Shown here piece after piece: positions 15,964 to 24,600 of a stretch of DNA of 37,067 bases; position 1 is the first letter of the stretch; the number at the start of each line of letters is the position of its first letter. Position numbers and translations under genes: made by a program. The DNA is taken from IMG/VR virus record IMGVR_UViG_3300032225_000582, positions 1 through 37,067 of that record. One strand, given 5' to 3'. Origin of the DNA: a virus (Duplodnaviria; Caudoviricetes). Below the pieces are notes generated by a model. It worked only from the letters and a program-made list of their open reading frames with translations, ran no database searches and was not told the origin of the DNA.

Positions 15964-15971
15964 TGTACTGC

Positions 15972-16139
15972 TTAGGCTTGCTCGTGCATAACTCGCAATT
16001 TATCGGCTAATTTATCCCAGAATTTTACGAATTCTTTATAGACTAAATCGTCCGTAGTAACCTCGTTCATAGGCGCTTGCGCCTCTTTAGCGGCTAGGGA
16101 ATAGAGCGCCCGCAATTCGTAGGTGTCTAGAGCCTCCAT
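15972..16139 (-). CDS. 55-aa hypothetical early protein
   Basis: AAGGAGG SD; TAATG coupling. Confidence 0.7.
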   Translation of the reverse strand: MEALDTYELRALYSLAAKEAQAPMNEVTTDDLVYKEFVKFWDKLADKLRVMHEQA

Positions 16140-16267
16140 TAGTTAGCCTCCTTATCTAGTAAGTCAATGATAAGTGAACCGAATTTAGAGTCATTCTTCT
16201 CGGTTAATTCGGCTATCTTTAAAGCCTGTAAACAGACTTTAAATTGGTACTCGGTTAAACTGTACAT
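16139..16267 (-). CDS. 42-aa first gene of the early operon
   Basis: AGGAGG SD; MYSLTEYQFKVCLQALK…. Confidence 0.7.
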   Translation of the reverse strand: MYSLTEYQFKVCLQALKIAELTEKNDSKFGSLIIDLLDKEAN

Positions 16268-16314
16268 CTTGCCTCCTATCCTGCTTCGGGGTAATTCCCT
16301 CGGCTAGTAAGTAA

Positions 16315-16343
16315 ACTCTCTCACGCTCAATTCCAGAAGTCAA
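16315..16343 (-). promoter_or_regulatory. Putative main early promoter TTGACT-N17-GAGAGT
   Basis: Same -35 as the 13238 promoter; weak -10; followed by a 5' hairpin and SD. Confidence 0.55.
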
Positions 16344-16353
16344 GTCTATTTCG

Positions 16354-16369
16354 TGTGAGTTGCGTCACA
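16354..16369. promoter_or_regulatory. CRP/GlxR-type box
   Basis: TGTGAgttgcgTCACA, 10 nt upstream of the -35. Confidence 0.65.
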
Positions 16370-16425
16370 TTCTCGGATACTGTCTAAGTTACTGGAATTT
16401 AATCTCGGTAACTTATATTAGGTAT

Positions 16426-16445
16426 TTATCCACAGGTTATCCACA
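16426..16445 (+). promoter_or_regulatory. Two tandem consensus DnaA boxes
   Basis: TTATCCACA at 16426-16434 and 16437-16445. Confidence 0.75.
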
Positions 16446-16719
16446 GGTTATAAGTCTGGGAGAATTCTGAGAGTCGGCTGAATTCGTTCGGGCGGATAGT
16501 CGCATAACATAAGTTTACCGATATTACAATTTATATTGTATATCCAGCAAAATAACTAGAGTCTAACGGCTAAGTTGAGAGTTAGACACTTGCTCAGGTA
16601 ATGTCTAAGTCTAGATGTCTAGTAGAGGTTGAGGGTTTGACCCCGAGTGTGTTAATATGCGTCTACGACATTGATGTACTCTCCCATCATATTTTTCTGT
16701 TATATGCCCTGTGAGCAGG

Positions 16720-16895
16720 GCTTATATATAATAGCCCCCATATATATAATATATTTATATACACAGTGTTCGGTTTTACCCGTTCCAACGGGTTATCTTA
16801 TATAGCAAGAACTTATTAAAGTTCTAGCGAACTTCGCTTCGCTAGGGCTTCGCTCGTTCGATATAATATATAAATATCGAACCTACTTCGTAGGA
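16720..16895. repeat. AT-rich tract with serial inverted repeats and (CTTCG)n
   Basis: agaactt/aagttct, ctagcgaa/ttcgctag, gttcgatat/atatcgaac, cctac/gtagg. Confidence 0.6.
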
Positions 16896-16975
16896 TGCGC
16901 CAGAGTTATGCCGTTATATTAACTGCGTGATAGGTGTTATATATGCCCCCAGAGGGCGCAGGATTGGACAACCTA

Positions 16976-18844
16976 ATGGGACGTAAAGCAGGCAAGCAGG
17001 ATATGTCCAAGAAGGAAGCCCAGGAGCGAGTTCTAATCCAACTAGCCCAGGGCAACACGGTTACTGGTGCTATGGCTACCGTCAACCGTAATGATACAAC
17101 TTTTAGACAATGGTCAATGCAAGACCCTGACTTCAAGGAGCGAGCCGACAAAGCCCGCCTGGAAGGCAAGGGCGTCAAGGCAGACCTGAAGGAACTCAAA
17201 GACATTGCCTTCCCTGACTTCTGTGAGCAGTTCCTAGATACCAAACTCTTCCCCCATCACCTTAACTGGTTTGATATGATTGAGGGGCGCGAGCCTAGGT
17301 GGCTACACCCCGCTATGACCTACGAGCCAGCGGCAATGAACCGTATCTTAATTAACGTCCCACCTGAGCACGCCAAGTCCACGGTCATTACGACTAACTA
17401 CGTGGTCTACCGTATTGTGACCAACCCAAACACTAGAGTCATTATCGTTTCCAAGACTCAGGGTATGGCTCGTAAGTTCCTTGGGGCAATCAAGACTAGA
17501 CTTTCACACCCTGCCTACACCAAACTACAGGTTGCCTTTGGACCTAACGGTGGCTACAAGGCAGATGCCACCCAGTGGCAAGCAGATATGATTTACCTAG
17601 GTACAGGTCGAGACTCAGGCGAAAAAGACCCAACGGTTCAAGCCCTAGGTATCGGTTCCCAGATTTACGGCGCACGTGCCGATTTGATTATCGTAGACGA
17701 TGCCGTGATGGGCACTAATGCCCACGAGTGGGAAAAGCAAATGGACTGGCTTCAGAAGGAAGTCATTACCCGTTTGGGCAGACACGGTAAGTTAATTATC
17801 GTTGGAACCAGAGTGCAACCGATTGACCTTTACAAAATGCTCCGTGACCCAGGACAGTGGTCAGGTGGCAAATCTCCCTTTACTTACTGTGCTATGCCAG
17901 CCGTTCTTGAGTTTGATGAGAAGCCTACCAACTGGAAAACGCTGTGGGCTAAATCAGACCAACAAGAAAACGAATTGGACGAACCAGATGAGCAAGGACT
18001 TTTTCCCAAGTGGGACGGACCTTCTCTCTTTACACGTCGCTCTGAGGTCGCTCCATCGGTATGGGCTATGGTCTACCAGCAAGAAGATGTCCAAGAAGAT
18101 TCAATCTTCTCACCTTCCTGCGTTGCAGGTAGCGTCAACGGAATGCGAAAGCGTGGACCGTTAAAGGCTGGAGTCCCTGGACATCCTAAGCATCTTGAAA
18201 GTACCTACACGGTTATGGGTCTTGACCCTGCTATGGCGGGAGCCACAGGTGCGGTGATAGTTACATACAACCGCGCCGATGGAAAGATTTATGTTTTGGA
18301 TTGCGTCAATATGACCGAGCCAACACCAGCCAAGATTCAAACTCTTATCGAGGAATGGGTCGAGAAGTACAAGCCCCAGGAACTGCGTATTGAAATCAAT
18401 GCTCACCAGAAGGCTTACGCCCTAGATGAGAACTTACGCAATTACCTTGCATCTCACGGATGCCAACTTAACTCACACTTTACTGGCAAGAATAAGTGGG
18501 ACACCTCTTTCGGCGTAGCCTCTATGGCAAGCCTATTTGGAAACACCAGAGATGGTCGATTCCAAGATAACAACTTGATTGAACTGCCAAGCAATGAAGG
18601 TTCTGAAGGTCTTAAGACTTTAGTTCAAGAACTCATTACTTGGAAACCTGATACAAAAAACCCTACGGACTGTGTTATGGCTTTATGGTTTGCGGTCATT
18701 CGTGTCCGTGAACTAATGCAACAGTCAACCAGAATCGGTACATACCAGAATAACCGCTGGGCAACGCGTTCCCAAAAGGAAGCAAGATTTTCGCTTAACC
18801 TAGATGAAGCAATTGCTTCTCAATGGTCCGAACAATACGGATAG
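16976..18844 (+). CDS. terL: Terminase large subunit with N-terminal HTH extension (likely start ATG 16976)
   Basis: INVPPEHAKS (Walker A), LIIVDD (Walker B), VGTR, GLDPA and DCVMA nuclease motifs. Confidence 0.92.
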   Translation: MGRKAGKQDMSKKEAQERVLIQLAQGNTVTGAMATVNRNDTTFRQWSMQDPDFKERADKARLEGKGVKADLKELKDIAFPDFCEQFLDTKLFPHHLNWFDMIEGREPRWLHPAMTYEPAAMNRILINVPPEHAKSTVITTNYVVYRIVTNPNTRVIIVSKTQGMARKFLGAIKTRLSHPAYTKLQVAFGPNGGYKADATQWQADMIYLGTGRDSGEKDPTVQALGIGSQIYGARADLIIVDDAVMGTNAHEWEKQMDWLQKEVITRLGRHGKLIIVGTRVQPIDLYKMLRDPGQWSGGKSPFTYCAMPAVLEFDEKPTNWKTLWAKSDQQENELDEPDEQGLFPKWDGPSLFTRRSEVAPSVWAMVYQQEDVQEDSIFSPSCVAGSVNGMRKRGPLKAGVPGHPKHLESTYTVMGLDPAMAGATGAVIVTYNRADGKIYVLDCVNMTEPTPAKIQTLIEEWVEKYKPQELRIEINAHQKAYALDENLRNYLASHGCQLNSHFTGKNKWDTSFGVASMASLFGNTRDGRFQDNNLIELPSNEGSEGLKTLVQELITWKPDTKNPTDCVMALWFAVIRVRELMQQSTRIGTYQNNRWATRSQKEARFSLNLDEAIASQWSEQYG

Positions 18845-18851
18845 GAAACAG

Positions 18852-20630
18852 ATGGCATTATCAATGGAACAGGTTGCAGCAAGAGTTGAGTCTCTTCGCT
18901 ATCGCAACCACGAGCGTGATAAGCGCAACCTTGACGTCCTTGCTGTCCGTAAGGGTCAAATCTCACAGGTTTACCCTGACTTCTTCCCCGAAGGCGTTGA
19001 CACAAACGTAGTTGCAAACTTCGTTGACGTAGTAGCCCGTGACCTTTCAGAAGTTATGGCTCCGCTCCCAGCAATCAACTGCTCAGCAGCCAATGCCGTC
19101 AATGACCGTGCTCGTAACTTTGCTGATAAGCGCACTCGTATTGCATCTAATTATTTCCAACACTCAGACCTAGCAGTACAAATGTACCAAGGTGCTGACT
19201 GGTATATCACATATGGTTTCGTCCCTTTCATTATTGAATTAGACGATGAAGCAAAACTGCCACGTATCCGCGTAGAAAATCCAATTGGGGCTTACCCAGA
19301 ATTCGACCGCTACGGACGTTGTGTGGCATTTGCTAAGCGGTATATGTTGACACTAGGCGAACTAGTTTCCCAATTCCCTGAATATGAGGCTCAATTGCTT
19401 GGGCAAAATGGTTTCAAGCAAGACCTCAATCATCAGGTTGAACTGGTTCGCTACTACGATAACGAACAGTCAGTTGTATATCTTCCAACAAAGCAGAACT
19501 TAGTACTTTCACGTGCTAACAATCCGCTTGGAAAGATGATGATTGTTGTTGCACGAAAGCCATCCGTTGACGGAGAACTTCGTGGACAATTTGATGACGT
19601 ACTCGGTATCCAATTGCTTCGTAACCGATTTGCAATGCTTGCTATGGAGGCTGCAGAGAAATCTGTACAGGCTCCAATCGTACTTCCTAACGATGTTCAG
19701 GAACTACAACTTGGTGGAGATGCGGTTATCCGTACATCAAATCCAGCGGGTGTTCACAGAGTGGAACTTTCTATTCCTGCTGGAGCATTCACCGAACAGA
19801 ATCTTCTTAACGATGAACTCCGCACAGGAACTCGTTACCCAGAGGGACGCACAGGAAATATTAATGCCTCAGTCGTTACAGGACAAGGCGTACAGGCTCT
19901 TATGGGTGCCTTTGATACCCAAGTTAAATCAGCACAAGCAATCTTTGCTGCAGCACTTCGTGATGTAATTCAGATTTGCTTCTGTGTTGATGAGATGATT
20001 TTCCCAGAAGAGAAGACCATTCGTGGTGTTGACTCTGGTTCACCTTATGAAATTACATACAAGCCAAGCAAGGACATCAAGAAAGATTATTCTGCTGATG
20101 TTCGTTACGGAATGCTTGCTGGATTAAACCCTGCACAGGGACTCATCTTTATGCTTCAGGCTCTAGGCGGTGGGCTTATCTCCAAGGATATGGCAATGCG
20201 TGAACTTCCATTCACAGTCAACGTATCCCAAGAATTAGAAAAGATTGAAATTGAGAAGATGAGAGATTCTCTTCTTGGTTCCATTACTGCCTATACACAA
20301 GCCATCCCACAAATGGCAGCATCTGGCGGAGATGCCTCAGAGGTAGTTCGTAAAATTGCTGCGGTTATCAAAGCACGCCAAAAGGGACAGGCGCTTGAGG
20401 ATGCGATTGAAGCAACCTTCGCTCCGCAGCAACAAGTTCCTCCTGCTGGGGCAGCATCTACGGTTGAGCAACCGTCCCCTGCTCCCACCGCTTCTCCAGC
20501 AGGAGGCGCTCTTCCACCAGAACAAGGTGCAGCGCCGTTACAAACAACACCACAGCCAGATATTCAATCAATCCTTTCAAGCCTAACCTCATCAGGTAAA
20601 GCATCGGGAAGAGTAGTAACTAAGGGTTAA
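18852..20630 (+). CDS. Portal protein (likely start ATG 18852)
   Basis: Follows terL; ~590 aa, helical; VANFVD…, TGQGVQA motif; Pro/Gln-rich tail. Confidence 0.85.
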   Translation: MALSMEQVAARVESLRYRNHERDKRNLDVLAVRKGQISQVYPDFFPEGVDTNVVANFVDVVARDLSEVMAPLPAINCSAANAVNDRARNFADKRTRIASNYFQHSDLAVQMYQGADWYITYGFVPFIIELDDEAKLPRIRVENPIGAYPEFDRYGRCVAFAKRYMLTLGELVSQFPEYEAQLLGQNGFKQDLNHQVELVRYYDNEQSVVYLPTKQNLVLSRANNPLGKMMIVVARKPSVDGELRGQFDDVLGIQLLRNRFAMLAMEAAEKSVQAPIVLPNDVQELQLGGDAVIRTSNPAGVHRVELSIPAGAFTEQNLLNDELRTGTRYPEGRTGNINASVVTGQGVQALMGAFDTQVKSAQAIFAAALRDVIQICFCVDEMIFPEEKTIRGVDSGSPYEITYKPSKDIKKDYSADVRYGMLAGLNPAQGLIFMLQALGGGLISKDMAMRELPFTVNVSQELEKIEIEKMRDSLLGSITAYTQAIPQMAASGGDASEVVRKIAAVIKARQKGQALEDAIEATFAPQQQVPPAGAASTVEQPSPAPTASPAGGALPPEQGAAPLQTTPQPDIQSILSSLTSSGKASGRVVTKG

Positions 20631-20644
20631 TAAAGTAGGGGACA

Positions 20645-21187
20645 ATGACAACACTAATTGGTATTGAATACGACGATAGTTGCGTCATTGTGGCTGATAG
20701 CCGCACAACAGATGACAATGGATATATCTACACTCATCCAAGCGTAAAGAAAATTTCAGAAGTAAACGGATATTTAATTGCTGGCTCAGGTGAGGTACTT
20801 CCCTGTGATGTAGCACAACATATCTGGGAACCACCGATTCCCACCAAGTCTGATAAAAAAGATTTATTTCATTTTATGATTACCAAGGCTATGCCTTCTC
20901 TTCGTAAATGTTTATCATCAAATGGATTTAACTTTGATGAACCAAAGACAGAGCAAAGATTTCAATTTTTAATTGCAGTATGTGGCGAGATATTTGACAT
21001 CGACCAGGAATTATCGGTATGTAAAAATATTAGCGGAGTCTATGCTGCAGGTTCTGGCGCACCTTATGCGCTAGGAGCATTACACGCAGGTGTTGATGCT
21101 TATGAAGCAATGGAAATTGCAGCAAGACTTACAGCATTTACTGCTGGTCCTTACCTATCTAAATCACAATTCAAACATTCTAAGTAG
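20645..21187 (+). CDS. HslV/proteasome-beta-like Ntn threonine protease
   Basis: N-terminal (M)TT, VADSR, conserved Lys (VKKI), AGSG and AAGSGAPYALGAL. Confidence 0.85.
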   Translation: MTTLIGIEYDDSCVIVADSRTTDDNGYIYTHPSVKKISEVNGYLIAGSGEVLPCDVAQHIWEPPIPTKSDKKDLFHFMITKAMPSLRKCLSSNGFNFDEPKTEQRFQFLIAVCGEIFDIDQELSVCKNISGVYAAGSGAPYALGALHAGVDAYEAMEIAARLTAFTAGPYLSKSQFKHSK

Positions 21188-21195
21188 GAGTAACT

Positions 21196-21612
21196 ATGGC
21201 AGGCAATCAAAATAGCGGCGGAATGCGCCCAACTGCTCCACAGAATAACCCTGCCAATGTTTCAGCAACAGGCGGTGCTGGACAATCTGGAACTCAAGGC
21301 GCTAAGTACATCCCAGGACTTCCTTATGGACAAGGGCAAGCAACTATGACTCAGCAACAGAGCGCACCTATGGCTGGACCATCAGAGCCTCCATCATTGA
21401 ACTTGCCACAAATTACTCCTTTAACTTCCCCAACAGAGCGTCCAAATGAACCTCTTACACACGGTATGGATTTTGGTCCTGGTGCTGGAAGCGAGGCACT
21501 TAACTTGCCTACTGAAAGACCACTTTCTGAAACTTTAGCAAATATGCTTCAATACGATTCAACTGGAGACGTACAGGCTATCTACGATTTTGCTGTTTCA
21601 AGAGGTCTATAA
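21196..21612 (+). CDS. Pro/Gly/Gln-rich virion-associated protein
   Basis: AGGAG SD; YGQG, PTERPNEPLT.G…GPG motifs; position after portal. Confidence 0.7.
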   Translation: MAGNQNSGGMRPTAPQNNPANVSATGGAGQSGTQGAKYIPGLPYGQGQATMTQQQSAPMAGPSEPPSLNLPQITPLTSPTERPNEPLTHGMDFGPGAGSEALNLPTERPLSETLANMLQYDSTGDVQAIYDFAVSRGL

Positions 21613-24600
21613 TTGACTATTAGAATCCTCGCTAAAGATAATCCAGCATTAGCCGCCGCCGCTGTACAGGCGCAGGCTACCCCTGAAGATATTGCTAGAT
21701 TGAACTCACTTGTTCAATTCCAAAAGATGCATAAAGAACTTACTGCTATGCCACAAAATGATGCTTATGCAAAGTTTAAATCATACAAGCCAGAAACTCA
21801 ACAAATTCTTTCAGAGTTATATCATCCAAAGTACACCCAGGATGATAGAGGCACGCTTTACAATACTGCTCGTGGTATTGTAAATATGGTTAAGTCTGCT
21901 GCCTACTATGGTGGAAGTTCATCTAAAGATATTTTTAGTCAAATAGTTGCCTGGAATCCTCAAAAGTTACCAGTCAACATTGTCAAAACTGTTGGTGAAT
22001 ATACTCTAGGACCAGCAACTGCTAATACCAACCCAGTTGGAAGAACACTTAATGCTCTTGTACGTCCAGCAACAAAATTAATTAAGCAACCATATGAGGC
22101 TCAAGTCCTTTATGAGAATGCAACTAATAATAATATTGGTCAAGACTGGCTCAATGTTGGAAGAGTAATTGGTCAAGGTGTAAAAGAGTTACTTCCTGGT
22201 GGTCAGGATATTACAGCCAACTATCAGGGTGGCGGATGGAAGCAGTACTGGGCGCAGGCTTCTGACCCAAAGGCTATCTTCGATACAACTGCTACTGATA
22301 AATTTGAAAAAGATTTAAACCCAACTGTTGCGACTGTTGCAAAGATGCTTGCATCTGGCAAAGACCTTGTTGCTGAATTTGATACATATAAAAATAATCC
22401 AGAGGTAACATCACTTATTGCTAAGTGGACTGGCGGAGATGCTGATACAACTGCTGCAATTGCTGATGCATATGCGCGTTATTCAAAATCTAAAATATCT
22501 CCAGGACGAGACTTAGCACGCGATTTAATTTCTCAACTACCTTATGAGTGGGAAAAGGCTGTAATGGGAGATGGTAAAGCCCAGGCACTTTTCACAGCCA
22601 TATCTGGTCCAATTGATTTTGGTGTAACTTTTGGTTTAGACCCACTTCTTATTGCTGGCAAAGCCAACAAGGCTGCCCTTGCGCTTAAATATGGTCTAGC
22701 CAAGAATGGCGTTACAACTGCAGACTTTGCACGAGTTATTGAAACTCGTCCTCAAGTAGCAAAGTATTTTGACGAGGCTGGAAAACTTGTTGATTCATTT
22801 AAGTCTGCCGCACCTGATGTATCAGCCCTTGCCTACACTACGCTTCGCAATCGTTATAAAGAATTATCCCCTGGCTTAATTAATGATATGGCTCAATTTG
22901 GTGTTAAAGATGCCAAGTCAACTATTCAGTTCTTCCAAGGTCAGTCAGACATCACAGCCTTAACACAGGGAAGTGCTGTTATAGAGCGCACCGTTTTGTA
23001 TCCACGCTACACAATTGCAGATAGCGTAAGCAATAAATTAAAAGATTTTGCAAACAAAGTTCTTAATACTACAAACTTTCGCAACACAAATATTCCAGGT
23101 GGAACCGAAGACCTTTCAAAGATTATGGCTCAAGACCCAGTTAAGTGGGCTGAAAAACTTGGAGTAGATGAGCAGTTTGCTTTAAGTCCATCGGGTGAGA
23201 AGTTGCGTTTCTTTACTCAACGAGATAGAACTATTGCTGCTAAAGTTGACCGTTTTGTAAAGGCATTTGAAATTGCCCCTAAACAAGAACGTATAATTCA
23301 AATTTCTGATGCAACTGATGCTGATAAAATCTTTGCTATGAGTCGTGCTATTGGTATGGACAAGACTTCGGCATCAATGATTCGCCGTTACTGGGTTAAT
23401 GCAGATGAAGGTGCTCGCTTAGTTATGCTTAAAGGCGTCCTAAAGTCTATAGGACGCGCTATGGGACTAGAACATTCAGAAGTTGGTCGCAGACTTTACT
23501 CAGCCATTGATGATTTATCTACCGAACTTTACTCAGTAAGCCAGGAATCAGTTAATCTTGGTGAACTAAATGCTACTGCAGGGTTAGTTTCTGCTGAAAA
23601 CCTTGCTGCTCCTGGCGGTATCCGCAAGGCAGCACAAGAAGTACTGCGAATTTCTACAGCCGAAGGTAAGGCTGGTCAGGTCAATGCTTCAATTGTTAGC
23701 GAAATGAAGCAGAACCAACTAGAACGTAAAACTCTTAGCCTGGCAAAAAAGCAATTAAAGGCTCAGGCTAAACTAGGCGAAGATATTACAGATAAATTAG
23801 CCCTAGTCGACCAACAACTTGGCTTGCTTGGTGCTCGTTGGGCAAAACTTAACAAAGCCCGTATGGGTGTTAAGGGTGCAATTGTAGAAGGTAACATACC
23901 TGCTGACATTGACAAGTTCAATGCTGCTGAAATTGGTGGAACTCAACGCGCTATTCGTGTTTATCAACTAGAAACAGCACGTGCTTTACCCGATTTAAAC
24001 GCTTGGCGTGCAGCATCCGCCCGCGCTGGTATTATTAATCGAGTCGTTGGCGGAAGTTCTAACAATGCTGCAGCAATGGCTACAACAGATGCTTGGTCAT
24101 TCTTAAACTTGTTCCCACGCCTTGGTATTCGCACTTCTGTAGAAGAAGTCGGAACACATTTATTTATTAATGGTGCTGAAGGTCTTAGTCTTTATATTAA
24201 GGGTCGTGAACTCTCCCGCGCTCTGCGTGTAAATGAATTGCCTGGTGTAAAAAATGCAGTTCTTAAAAAACAGGGATACCTTAAAGAGGTAGAGACAACA
24301 AACCTGGGAGTTTTGTATAACTCTTTATATAAAACTTTAGGAAAAACCAAAAGCAAAGAAGAACTTCTTGCTCTTGCGGATGACCCAGAAGCACTTGCCA
24401 AAGCAGTAGCAGCATCTGTACTTAATAACCGTTTTCGTCCGTCATTCTTTAATACAGCAATGGGCAACCGTGTAGCAGAATATGCAGGAGACTTTGCTCG
24501 CTTTGATGGTAAGCCAATTGTTGACGATATTCTTGGTTCTTCTTACCGTGCAGAAATGCGCTTATCTGATGCCGAGGTAAAGTCTCGTTCATTGCAACAA

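Noticed and set aside
16934-16975. ORF-track N-terminal extensions of terL (also portal 18804, scaffold 29285, holin 4590)
   Set aside because: Downstream ATGs have better SD-like context and/or avoid overlap with neighbouring genes or structured leaders
18983-18992. 10-nt complement (CTTCCCCGAA) of the 6470-6479 loop inside the portal gene
   Set aside because: Lies in coding sequence (FFPE) with no structural context; compatible with chance
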